A stretch of 64,000 nt of DNA from Camelus dromedarius (taxonomy: Eukaryota), in assembly GCF_036321535.1 (NCBI RefSeq), contig NC_087437.1, forward strand, positions 23,376,001 through 23,440,000, written 5' to 3'. A model generated the notes under the pieces. That model did not search any database. It saw only the letters and a program-made list of their open reading frames with translations, and was not told the origin of the DNA. The translations under genes and the position numbers were made by a program. Shown here one piece after another: positions 1 to 11,774 of this stretch (position 1 is its first letter; each line of letters starts with the position of its first letter).

Positions 1-217
1 CCATTTAAATATCTAAAAATTAATGTTTTGTAAAAAATATTATGTTCAGCAACAATCTAGTGTTTGTAAGTAAAATTTTTAGAGATATGTTTAATGGAAA
101 ACATATATGGAAAATTTATATATATAAATTTATATATGGTTGGATTGTTTAAGATATACTGCAGTATTATTATATTCTTTAACTTTCTTTTGAGAAAAAC
201 TGTAGTGTGGGTAAGGA

Positions 218-883
218 TTTGGGGACATATTTCCCTTCTTTCTGATCAGAGTAAAAAAATATAGCCCTTCATTTGGGGAAAAGCATCAAAGGGATGAAAT
301 GTTTAACAGACTGACCAGGTGGATATTCAATACCAGGTAGCTGCATTTCTGGAAAAAAGAGATACCTTTTTCACATAGGTTTGAGATGAAAAAGTTAAGT
401 ACTGCTAACAAAATTTCTGAGTACAGCTAATGAGGACAACCTCACACCCAAAGGAATCATAGCCAGTTTGGGGATTCCCAATCTGCTGTTGGTAGACCAA
501 AGCTCCTACTGACTTTAAAGGAAAGAATACCTATGAGAATTACTACAGAAATGGGTAATACAGAAATTTCAGGACAGATTCCTTTACCTGAGTAAATAGA
601 ATTGGCAGCATTGATAAATGTAACGGATTTGATGACTAGCAGATTTGAAGCCCCAGATTTACAGTTCACCCTAAAAGGAGGTCCATTTATAAGGAATATT
701 CTAAATGAAACTAGAAGATGGACCAAGGTCAATTTATAATGTCTGAATTCATAATTAGCTGAATGATTGGCTGAATTATCACAATTTAAGATCAGTGAGA
801 AAGGCATTGGATTTTACAGAAGTGCATTCCTACTTGACATTATAACTGACTTTACTCATTAATCATTGCCATTTAAAGTTATC
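218..883 (+). pseudogene. Endogenous bornavirus-like nucleoprotein element (EBLN), 5' part; degraded with frameshifts and stops
   Basis: Manual + strand translation gives motifs in the same order as in BoDV-1 N (recalled from memory). PSFGEK (266-283) ~ PGIGHEK; QRDEMFNRLT (287-316) ~ SRRDMFHTVT; IPG/AAFLEK/EIP (330-367, two frameshifts) ~ [33 protein letters not shown] (398-458) ~ [32 protein letters not shown] (521-556) ~ EQIKKRFKTMMA; LMTSRFEAPDLQFTLKGGPFIRNI (629-700) ~ LLTTDFESPGKEFMDQI; *LAE*L (752-769, TAA and TGA each one change from Tyr and Cys) ~ YLAECM; DFTEVHSYL (810-836) ~ DFLEVSAKL. Confidence 0.72.
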
Positions 884-945
884 TTAATGGAAATACTTTT
901 CTCATGTCAGTAATTTTCACTGGTAATTTTGAGTGTAGCTTACAA

Positions 946-1129
946 CAGTATTTCTCAGATTGTTATACATGTTGTATCTGTTTTAAAAATACAAGGGTGA
1001 TTGTCAAAATACATATTGCTGAGTTCCAGCCCAGACATATTAAATAAAATCACAGAGTTGGTGCCCCCAAATCTGAACTTTTTAGAGCTTTGTAAATTAT
1101 TATTAAGTACTAATATTTAAGAACCACTG
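946..1129. mobile_element. MER5-like hAT-Charlie non-autonomous DNA transposon
   Basis: Degenerate TIRs CAGTATTTCTCAGA...TTTAAGAACCACTG, about 185 bp. The flanks GCTTACAA (938-945) and GCTTCAAT (1130-1137) look like a decayed 8-bp TSD. Confidence 0.7.
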
Positions 1130-1172
1130 GCTTCAATTATATATATATATATATAATATGGCCACATAATTG

Positions 1173-1551
1173 AGAAAACCAGAATTAGTTTAACCAAATA
1201 ACAGCTTCAAATACCTTGACTAGGGGGATAATCCTCTTGTAAATTCAATATATAAATTGAAACCTGTGACCATGGGAACCACCATATTATGATTATCATA
1301 AACTAGGGTCTACATTAATATTTGTATTTGTGTATTTCATAAGAAATTTAGAAGGCTATGACAAATTTTAAGGAACTGGTACACAACCAGACAGTCTCAA
1401 AGTACACAATAAATTTCTTCTGTGATTTAGCTCATTGTGTCAAAACAGAATGCTAACTAGTAAAAATTTCAAACAGGCATAATGTATAGTGCACCCCAAT
1501 GAAATGTGAAGAATCTGGAGAAACATAGCTCCCAGACAAAAGAAAAAAAAA
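1173..1551 (+). pseudogene. Probable 3' continuation of the EBLN after the MER5-like insertion
   Basis: FKYLD*GDNPLVNSIYKLKP (1206-1265) ~ FPFLGAIRHPDAIKLAP. YHKLGSTLIFVFVYFIRNLEGY (1294-1359) is the same length as [22 protein letters not shown]. TQP (1381-1389) ~ IQP; EM*RIWRNI (1501-1527) ~ EISAIMKMI; then an A-tract at 1538-1551. These matches are weaker and alternative registers are possible. Confidence 0.45.
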
Positions 1552-1993
1552 GGCTAATTCTCCATCAAAATGTAAAGTATAATTATAAATGAATTGGTAA
1601 TACTGAATGTTTTTCAATTATTTTCACTGATTTTTATTTTAAAACCCATTTTGACAGGGAATTGCAGTAAGTCCTCTCTACATTTTTATTGTAGTCACAA
1701 GGAAAATTCCAGTGCAGAGAACATTTTCATTAAGAGTGAAATACTTCTTGAGTGAAATGGAAATGCCTCTGTGGTGTCAGCAAAGTGTAGGAGCCTTATT
1801 TTAAATATAACTAAAACTAAGGGGAAAGGAGGTTAAATGCCTTTTCCCAGGGTCATCTATGAAGTCAAAAGCAGACAGAATGAAAATAAAGAGCAAATGA
1901 TAGATTATACTTATTAAATTCAGGAAATGGATCCAAACACATTGTGTTAACTAGTAGAATATCTGAATTATTGTCATCAGTTTGTGCAACTAA

Positions 1994-1996
<3 letters not shown>

Positions 1997-2052
<56 letters not shown>
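1997..2052. repeat. (TG)28 microsatellite
   Basis: Direct read; explains ORFs 1865..2059 and 1944..2129. Confidence 0.97.
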
Positions 2053-2056
<4 letters not shown>

Positions 2057-2564
2057 CATGCACGCATGTCAATTCTCCACATTCACTGCTACAAGGATTT
2101 GTTTTATTTTTAGTTATACAATTTTTTGAGCAATAACTATGCTTAGTAAACCAGGAAGCAATCTGTTTACCATGGCATCAACTTCACTTGGATTTATAGG
2201 TTGAGAAGGGAGGTTGATTTTTCTACATTTTAACCTGGGCCCAGGTTAAAAGCTTCAGAGGCCTTGGACAGAAGACCATAATAGTTAAGAAAGTTTTTAC
2301 ATTAGGAACTTTTTTTTTTCTTGGAAAAGAGAATCCACTTATACTTGGGAAAGTCATCTGTTTTTTAAAAAATCCAGTATGTTTAAACTCTAGGGGAAAA
2401 ATAATAATGGCATTGTGATAGGTGCTTATTTTTAAACTGGTTGAAGGTAATTTAAAGCATGTGTTACATGCTTGCTCACACTCAGCTCATTAAAGATTAC
2501 TGAATACTGTGGAGCAGGGGGGTGATAAACGCATGCACCCCACAAACAAAGGGCTTTTATTGCT

Positions 2565-2620
2565 TTCTTCCTTTGCTCCTTCCCTCCTTCCATTCCTTCC
2601 TTCCTCCCTCCCTTCCTTCT
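2565..2620. repeat. (TTCC)n-like low-complexity pyrimidine tract
   Basis: Direct read. Confidence 0.85.
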
Positions 2621-3290
2621 CAATCCCTTTCTTTTCTTTATCTGAGAGAATATTTTTACTGAGATTTCAAAAGGTAACAGAACTCTTTATTTACATACAA
2701 TGAATTCTATACAGGAACCAGATAGAGATAAAAATATTAGCAGTGGAACAGAGAATAACCTAAGGTTTTCCTTCTGTCCTCCATCCTATGTCATATCCTT
2801 GGTACTCAATGAAGGGAGAGGAGAAAGCTGACCACACAGTCTCCATGCAGCTTCAAGGAGATTTCCAGGAAGCCTCATACCCTGCCTTGAACCCGGTGCA
2901 GAGGTCCTGGGACTTGTTTGGTAACCTCTAATCCCGTCTTGGGCCCTGAGTCACATATTTCTATCGTACTGACTCGGGAGGGAGAGTAGAAGGAGCTCAA
3001 TTTGTGAGCATCTCTGAAGGAAAGAGCCCCAGAATCCACACTGCGCCATCCCTCCTCCTGCAGTCAGACTGAGGAGTGGCTAGAGAAAAAGAACAAAGCT
3101 TTTCTTAAAATTTTTGGGAGGCAGAAAGCAGTAGTTATTTTATGGCTCTCCATGCTGTTTGGTCATCCCAAGCCCCTCTACCTCTTCCTTTCGCATGGTA
3201 CATCTCTGATTCACTGTCTCGTTACCCTCATGTAATTTAAAGTAAATTAAACAATTTTACCAAATACAGTATTAGAATAATTTACTACAC

Positions 3291-3473
3291 CAGTGGTTTT
3301 CAGCCCTCTCTTAACATTACAATCACTTTTGTATCATTTTAGAAAAAAAAAATGATTTTAGGGCCTCAATTCCTGAAAGGTTTACTTAATCAGTCTACGG
3401 TAGGACCCATGTATCATATTTTTGTAAAGTTCCCCAGGTGATACAATCATGCAAACAGGTTGGATCACCATTG
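3291..3473. mobile_element. MER5A-like DNA transposon
   Basis: CAGTGGTTTTCA start, internal TCCCCAGGTGAT, degenerate end GGATCACCATTG, about 180 bp. Confidence 0.7.
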
Positions 3474-4799
3474 CTCTGAACTGGATGGAGATTGGGAGCA
3501 AAAAAAAATTAAGCAATACAACATATAAAATGTGGCACTTGAACTTAACTTATTTTATTATGATTAGAATTATTTTGGAAGTCCTATCCTGCAATTACTT
3601 ATAACATCTTGACTTAAAAGACTCACAAGCAAAGACTCACATGAAAGTCCCTATTAAATTTTTCCCTGCTGTCCCCAAACACAGGCAAATTACAGAGGGA
3701 TCAAATGGCCCACCTGGTCTACCCTGATCTGTTTGAGGATGTACCTCTGGCAGTGGTGTGTAGGACAGATTGAAGGAGGAGAGTGTGGAAAGAAGCAAGA
3801 GGCTGTTTCAGTAGTAGGCGAGAATGAAGATCTGAAGCATGGCAATTGGCAAAAGCCCTAGAAAGGAGATGCCAGATAGTGTTTTATGATAATTACTCAA
3901 GCTACTGCGAGTCTGAAAATACTTTTTCTCAGATAATTTTACAAAGTGAGAATTAATGAAGTCTTCATAAGTGAGCTTAGGTTAAAAAAAACAAAACAAA
4001 GCAAAACAAAACATAACACAACAAAACAAATGCCTTCCTGAACTCCTAGAAAATTATAGACCTTACAAAACTTACTCCTTCATTCCCACATAGATTTGAA
4101 AAAGCTTTTGGATTCTTTTCCCATAGGATCCCTGGTGTGGTTGGAGCAGCACTTTGTGATATTTGAGATTCGGGGAGCAGCACAAGGTCTCATGTGCCCT
4201 TGGGACATATCAAGTCTCCTCCAATGTCTCAGAGATACCAACACCCAACAGGTTCCTGCTCCTGGGTTAGAGTGGGGAGTTGTGGGGACTGTTGTCCAAA
4301 ATAGTACAAAAGCACTTGCTAAAGGTGTCACAATCATGCAACTTCAGATGGTGGTTGCCGTGTGGAAATACAGGCCCAGAGATGCCAGATCTTCATATAT
4401 TTCAACAGAAGCCACAAATGAGAATGTTTAAATGAAATGACTAATTTATAAAATTTTATGGAAAACACACACACACACATACACACAGAGAAATCTCTGA
4501 GGCAGACCTAGCCCAAAGGCTGTCAGGCCTTTGGATTAGAGACACAAGAAAGGCGAGGCTGTGGCTCGAGCCGACCATCACCTCTGCATGGCAGCTGTCT
4601 GCCTGCCCCGTTCTCAGATACCCTGTTTCGGCACAGTTTATATTGGCCTCCTCCATTTTGCACATTTCTCCTCTCTTAGCCCTCTTTATAGCCTCTTGCA
4701 AGCCCTTCTTTCACACGTAAATCAGCTGTTTCCATATAGGAAGGGAGGATCCTTGATGGCCACCACCTTCTTACCTTAGCACCTACAGGATGCTCTGCA

Positions 4800-5010
4800 C
4801 TTGGAGACCCTAAGTAAGTCCATGTCGCATATACGTGACCATCTTTAATTTATCCATGACCATGATGGATATTGGGCTATTATTGTTCTTATTTTACAAA
4901 TGGAGAAGCTGAACCTTAGGCAATATATAATCTGTCTGAATTCAGACAATACATGGTAAAGCTGAGATGCTTGACTCCAGCAGCTGTGCCCTTAGCCAGT
5001 ATAGAGTGCA
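4800..5010 (-). mobile_element. MIR SINE
   Basis: MIR core ATTTTACAAATGGAGAAGCTGAA and TGACTCCAG...GTGCCCTTAGCCA. Confidence 0.65.
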
Positions 5011-6372
5011 TTCTACCTAACATCTTCCCCAGACCATTCATTCTTCTGTATCTAATATAATGAAAAAAACTAAAACATCAGGCAAAATGCAGTACAGTGA
5101 ATTTGTTACCTGACTTCTGGTCGCCATGTGCTATAATTGAATGAAAAATGTAGGTTAAAACATTTTACATAGTCATTTTATTTGTTACAACAATCTGTTA
5201 TTATTATCTCTCTTTATGATAAGTAAACCAATCCCTTAGAGTTCACATTTCCAACACCAATATCTAAGTATGTTAGGATTTGAAGGCTGATATTTGATCC
5301 AAAGCCTAATTATCCAATGCTCTTTACCTACTTTTTACATACTCACTCACTCTTTACCTTTAATCAAGGGACTATGTGACAATATGACTTTTTTTTGGCT
5401 CCAGAAGGTTCCCTGTCCCTTCACCTCAAAAGACTGATATAAAATCTATAGGAAATTCTATTAATACTCCTGACAATTCTGAGATACTCCAAATTTTATA
5501 AGTTTAAATGATGTTAATATAACTGAAAAGCAATGTCCAAAAGCATGTTTCCTTTCAGTAAGCAATTTTCTGCTAAGATGTTATTGATTGTTAAGCACAG
5601 TACTCCTGCTTTGTTGCCTTTAGGTACAAAATTCTGAACTCAAGAAAGAGGATGACTTTGTAGCTATTTTTATAAATTTTACATTTTGAATAAAAGTTAG
5701 AGGACAATTACTAGAAAGATATGCTGAAAAACATTTTACTTAATATGCAAGAAAAAGAAAATACAAAATTCATTATGATGTAACTAGACAACAATATTCT
5801 GTTCCTGGATTTTCTATTTCATGTCTAAAACTTTTAAGAATTTAGGAAGAAACATTGAATAGTTTCCATTCAATAATATATCATTATAATATCTGACTTA
5901 TTGTCACCAGCATTTGCTTTTATTTTGAATTTATAGTCTTTTTTGCTCTCTCTTAAGAAAGCATTTGTCTTCTCCAGCCAACTACAATAATATCATAAAA
6001 TACAGATCTTTCAAGTCCTAGAATTTCTTTTCCAGAATTTCCACAAATTTTGTTTCAATGACAGAAATCTTGAAGGTAGAAATCAAAGTATTATTTGAGT
6101 CCCAGAAATGTTATGCTATTAATTTCACTCTAAAATGCTGGGTAATTTTATTAATGCATATTTTCTATGTTCTCTAGTGTGTTTTCTACATAAATAATGT
6201 ATTTGTATGAATGTCCAAATGGATTTCCAATTTAAGAAAACGAAAAAAGATTGCTTACGAAGTGTTCAGTCTTGGTCCTTCTGATTCCTCTGTCTTGATC
6301 TCTAAAAGAAACAATGTCAACAAATAGATAATTTGAATCACAATCTTCTGAAAAATTTTGGAAAGGTCTCAA

Positions 6373-6445
6373 ACACACACACACACATGCACATACACAC
6401 AAGCACACGCACACACACACATGTGCGCACGCGCACACACACACA
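6373..6445. repeat. Interrupted (CA)n microsatellite
   Basis: Direct read. Confidence 0.9.
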
Positions 6446-7254
6446 GAGAACAGGTACTGGAGTCCCATAAAAGAAAAAAAAATAAAGATATAAACTGGAA
6501 GAAAAAGGCACTTAGATTTATAGTTGTTTCTTGGCAAAAAAATACTGGCAAGAAAAAATTTTAAGACTTTAAATGATGTTAATGTAACTAAAAAGCAATG
6601 TCCAAATGCGTTGTTTTTAGCAAGCAATTTTCTGTTAAGATGTTATGGATAAAGTTAAGTACCAAAACAGCCATTTACTGACAGTTTATTTGAATTAGTT
6701 AAAAAAATATATATTCTGTGACTTAAAATAATCTACTTTTTAAAGTCAAAGAAGGCAAAGATGGAGTACCTAAGAACTGTCAACCCTTAACCATAATATA
6801 TTTAGATTTAAAAACTGAATAATAACCAATCATTAGGCCTGAAGCTTTACTCCAACAGAGAAAAAAATATAAATAAAAAGCTATAAAAGATTAGGAAGTT
6901 TCCTTTTGTTAGAGGGTGCTGTGACCACTGGTGTGGCCACCTATTCTGAATGCTGTGCTCAGTGGTAGTGGATCTAGAACACTGGTGTAACCATGACTAG
7001 GCTGTTGTTACCTAGCAGTGCAGGAGTTTAAGGGCAAAGCTATACTGAAGTTAACTTGATCTCAAAGATTATGCTATCAGAGATGAGATGAAAAGCTCAA
7101 ATCTCCTTATTGTCGTATTAGTTCTGTGCTACACAGAGATATCTACATAGATATTTGAGGAATGCATTTTTGAGAGGTGAGGAAAAGATGTTAAGATTAA
7201 TTGGAGGAAAAATAAAAATAGTCAATTCAAGGAAGTTCTTAAAAAGAAATTGTA

Positions 7255-7336
7255 GAAAGGAAGAAAGGAAGGATGAAAGGAAGAAAGGGAAAGAAAGAGA
7301 GTGGACGGAAGGAAGGAAGGAAGGAAAGAAGGAAGG
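7255..7336. repeat. (GGAA)n-like purine tract
   Basis: Direct read. Confidence 0.85.
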
Positions 7337-9439
7337 TATCAGGGCTATATAACATTATGCACTGTTGCAGTTACAGAAATGGAGCCAAGAGCACAGCTGA
7401 GGTGGACTAAGAGCTAAGCTCTCCATGTAAAGTAATCCGTGAACATCTCTCGGGTTGTCTTCGTAAAGGACTTCCACTTACTGATAATTTATAGTAAGAA
7501 AACCCTTACGAGATGATGTAAATAGTAAAATAATCAACTATACTTTCAGTCACATTAAATTACATTTTAAAACATTTTAAGGTACGTAACCTTAGGCAAA
7601 TTTTAAAACCAGTAGGATCTAACACATTTTATGCATCAGGGTATGGAAAGCAGGTATTGCACTACTTTGGTGAGTGAGGTGCTAAAATCTAAGTATTAAT
7701 GAACATTACCAGCTAACAGACTAATACGAGAAAAGTATGTTTTCTGCTACTGCTTAGAGCTAGCATTAGTCTCTAATGAATATATGAAGCTATTGAACAC
7801 ATGAAAATTAGTTTCTCAAAATAGCTGGTGTTTGTTTATCCATACCTGTTTGTATAAACATGGAATCGTTATAATTTTATAGCTTGGATCCAAATGGGGA
7901 AATAATGCCATGTAGTAGAATGGATATGGAACTGAATTTAGAAAACCCAAATTGTCCCCATATCTGCTATTTTCAATTGTGCACACACTGATGCGTCACT
8001 CAAGCTTTTTTGCATATCATTTCTTAATTTTTCAGATAAGAATAATAATATGTATCATATTTGGGCTTTTATGTTTGCTGAGATGGCATTCACTGATATT
8101 TTTCACTTAATTTGTTTGAAAATTAATTTTAAACTAAAAAGTAGTGTCTACTTCTTAGCTATTGCATTTTAGATTTACAAGCTTAAATTATTTTATCTCA
8201 ACTTTTCTTGAAATATGTTGGTAGTTCCTATATTATTAATTATTCTATGATTGATAATATTGTAAATGGAACAGTATTTTTTGATGTATAGGGAACTCAA
8301 GAAATTTGTTCTATATTACTACAGGGAAACATTTAAGATATGGTGTATGCATGTGTGTGTATATATATAGACAGTATGTTGAGGCATAACATAGCTCTAA
8401 GAATTAGTGTTGACATCTCAACCAAGCAGGCCAGCACACATCACTGACCTATTTTGATTTATGTTCATAGGTAGAAATTACAACAAAACAACAGAAAGGT
8501 CTTCTCTAAACCTCAGCTTATGTGTAGCTTAGTGAGAGATCAATCAGTACTAAGAAGACTGTCCCTTTGATTCTATTAATATTAACTTGTATTTTCCTCT
8601 TGACTAAAATAACTCCAAAAAAAACAGCTGAACAGAAGAAGAAAACTGAACATACTATGAGGGGGGAAAAAAAAGGGTCTCTTGGAAGCTGGAACCAAGG
8701 AGGGATGGAAGAAACACGGAGTCACCCACTAGCACAAACTAAGAGCACATCTTGTTTTCACAGGACATAGTCTGCAGGTCAGCAAGAATAAGCTTGGTCT
8801 TGGGATCCCCCTTCAAAAGGCCTGTGGAGGCGTCTGCAGAACAACTAGGTGTTAGATGAGCAGCAGCAAGAAGCCTTACCGGAGGCCCAGCAGAGGGGAT
8901 GCAGTCAAGGCCAACGCCTTTCCCACCCAGCCTCTGGAGCCAACATTTAAAATCTCAATGCTTTTCCTCTATATCCCCCAATCCAGACAATTCATGTCAT
9001 GAATTAAATTTATCACCAATTCATTCCCAGTGACTACAAATATGAACTTAAATAGAAAGTGAAGCTCAACTGCATATATTTTTCAGCAAATTAGAATCAT
9101 TCCCCACATCTCCTAGCCCGTTCACCTAATTCGAAGTAACCCTCTCTGCTGAGGTTCCTGACATTAGAGGTTTGCACGTGTTTGATGTGTCCTCAGAGGA
9201 TTCAGTTTTCTGCTTGCTCTTCTCTGGAGCTGCTGGGTCCTCAGCAGCCTTTTACCTGCTGCTGTAACCTCTGCTTCAAGCCTCAGTCCACCTTCCTATT
9301 GCAGGTGATAACCCACTATCAGCCTGCATGTTGCGAGTTTCTCCTTGGTAGAAATAGTAACTTTGAAACTTTCTTAAAAGAGAGCAAACTTAAAAAAAAA
9401 AAAAAATAAAGCCAACAGCTATTCTAACTTTATTAAATC

Positions 9440-9700
9440 CATGACTCACAGGTACTTTGGAGTGAATCTCAAACTACTTAGTTTAACAAACAAGGCTTAT
9501 TTTGCATTGGTTCCTGAAAACCTTGAGCCATATCTCATCTTCCTTCTGAAGCACAGCCTTCGTTTCAGTCCTACAAACTATTTGTCACTTTCCCTAGGTA
9601 CTATGTCACGTCATTCCCCTTGCCACATATTTCTTTCCTCCTTTGCCTGGAATGTTTCCCCACCCCATTCTTTGATTGTCTGTTGCTCCCTCCCACACTC
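9440..9700 (+). mobile_element. L2 fragment
   Basis: L2 3' region motifs such as CTTTGCCTGGAATGTTTCCCCACC. Confidence 0.55.
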
Positions 9701-9799
9701 AATCTTTGATATCCTTGACAATTTTGTGTGTATATATTATATATATATATTTATATATATATATGTATTTTATATATATACACACATACATACATATAT

Positions 9800-10550
9800 A
9801 TTTTTTTCCTTTCTGGAATTTTATTTATAGTTGAATATTGGATCATCTGTATTAATTCTCTAGACATTTTTGCTCTCATATTTTGCATTTCCTTTTTCTC
9901 TGTTGCCAGGGATGTTTCTTGGCTTTATCTTTCAGCTGATCTACTGAATTGTTAATTTATTCTGTCATGCTTTTGTATTTCCAAGAGGTTTTTTCTCCCC
10001 CTCCTTTTAGAGAACTTTCTGTTCTAGTTACATGGATACAATGCATTCATTTTAATCTCTCTGAGGCTATTAATCATAATTACTGATTTTTCAAGTTTTC
10101 TTCTGCTCCCAATGCAATGTGCCTGCATGTTCCTAATTAAATTTTTAAGTTGGTTGTTTTTTTGTGGGTTTTTTTCTTTGTTTGTTTCTTTCCTATTTTG
10201 GTTTTTAAATTGTATGCTTAGAGACTTAACTAATCTACTGTTATTTTTCTCCATTTGTTTATTTCATGCAGTATTTAAAATGGAATTATTAAGATACTGA
10301 TGGGAGGATTTTTTTTGCATAGCTAGACTATCCCGCAGGTGACTTGACCACTTCATGGGGACACTGAAATGTCAGAAACTGTAGGATGTTTGTTTGAAAC
10401 TGCTCAGTTTCCCTTGAGAGTGATCCTGCAAACCTTTGCCTGGGGAACAGAAGATTGGTTGCAGTAATTTGAGAGCTGAGTTGCGGGGAATCAGCTGAGT
10501 CTCACTATTCAGTGAGGTTTCATCCTTCATTCCCTAAAGTAACACTATGG
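9800..10550 (-). mobile_element. Old L1/HAL1-like fragment (ORF1/5' region)
   Basis: T-rich degenerate L1 antisense texture preceded by a (TA)n tract. Confidence 0.5.
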
Positions 10551-10838
10551 GGAAAGTATATTATTTCAGATGATTTTTAAATTTGGAAAAATAAAGCGTA
10601 TTTTTCTTTTCTCTCTCTATCTCATTTGGCCCCAGTCCAGCAAGAACATCTCTTCCTTAATGTCATGTCTGCAACACAGAAATTGATCAATACTGTTCTA
10701 AAACTGTTGTGGCCATTTCAGTATACTCACCAATACTTGGTAATCCTGGAATTATTCATATTAATACTTTTTGTATATTTTAGATTATACATTTATTCTT
10801 TAGGTAAGATCACATATGTAATCTCAATGTCTTAAAAG

Positions 10839-10931
10839 GAGAAAAGGAGAAATTTGGGGGATTTACAAAGAGAAAAGGAGAAATTTGGGGGATTTACAAA
10901 GAGAAAAGGAGAAATTTGGGGGATTTACAAA
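10839..10931. repeat. Three perfect tandem copies of a 31-bp unit
   Basis: GAGAAAAGGAGAAATTTGGGGGATTTACAAA repeated three times. Confidence 0.95.
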
Positions 10932-10934
10932 GGA

Positions 10935-11520
10935 ATAAAGTGGTTGGCAAACCTCCCCCACACAAACAAGCATAAAACTGGACAAAAATTGTTACAACCA
11001 TTTCATGGTTTGGAAGTTGACCAAAGGCTAACAGATTGAGAAGGGCTTGTTCATAAACTCCAGGTAAGAAAAGCAGGATCGGCAGTCATCCTGCATGGAT
11101 CAGCTCTACTGCTCTGTGGAAAAGGGGGGTTTATCAAGGCAGGGATGACCATGAAAACCAGTAGATTTGCTTTCAGAGGGAACTGACCCACGATAGAGGG
11201 GAGGACAAACCTCTGCCTAGTAAAATTTGCATTAAGAGTAGCAAGTTTGGTAGAAAACAAATGGGGAGACCACAGCTCAACTAGTTTGAGGTTGCTATAC
11301 CCTCTGACGCAAGTGGAGGAAAGATGGAAATTTAATGGGGGGATCCTGGAAATGAAGGATTCATATAAGGGCTAGATAAGTTCTCCATAATTCCCTGGCT
11401 GCCTGAGAACTATGTAAATGTGTGTTGGGGGACCAGAGAAGCCTGATAGAAAGTAAAATCTGAGGCAGACATTAAAATTTCCCACACTTTGGATATGCTC
11501 CCCAACACACATACAGCTCA
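10935..11520 (+). mobile_element. Old L1M 5' UTR-like fragment
   Basis: Resembles L1M 5' regions (AAAACTGGACAAAAATTGT...; TGGATATGCTCCCAACACAC). Confidence 0.45.
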
Positions 11521-11774
11521 ATCTCCAAGTACCTAGACCACCACTTATTGATGCTCCTAGGTCAGACTGTGGGTTTCACGTGAACCCATTCTAGTTTATG
11601 GACATCAGTGGGGAAAGGCTCTAAAACTTTAAATAAAATTGTAACTGAGCTGCTTTTAAATGAAGTCATTTGTGTGTTGATAAAAGTTTAATTTCTTACC
11701 CTTAAAAAAAGAGGGGAAGCATTCTGGGCTCTAGTGATTGAGCACAATCTTAGCCTGACCACTAACCTATGTTG

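Noticed and set aside
1865..2129. ORFs with HT/VC repeats (also 6232-6627, 39746-39955, 43988-44250)
   Set aside because: They are translations of CA/TG microsatellites.
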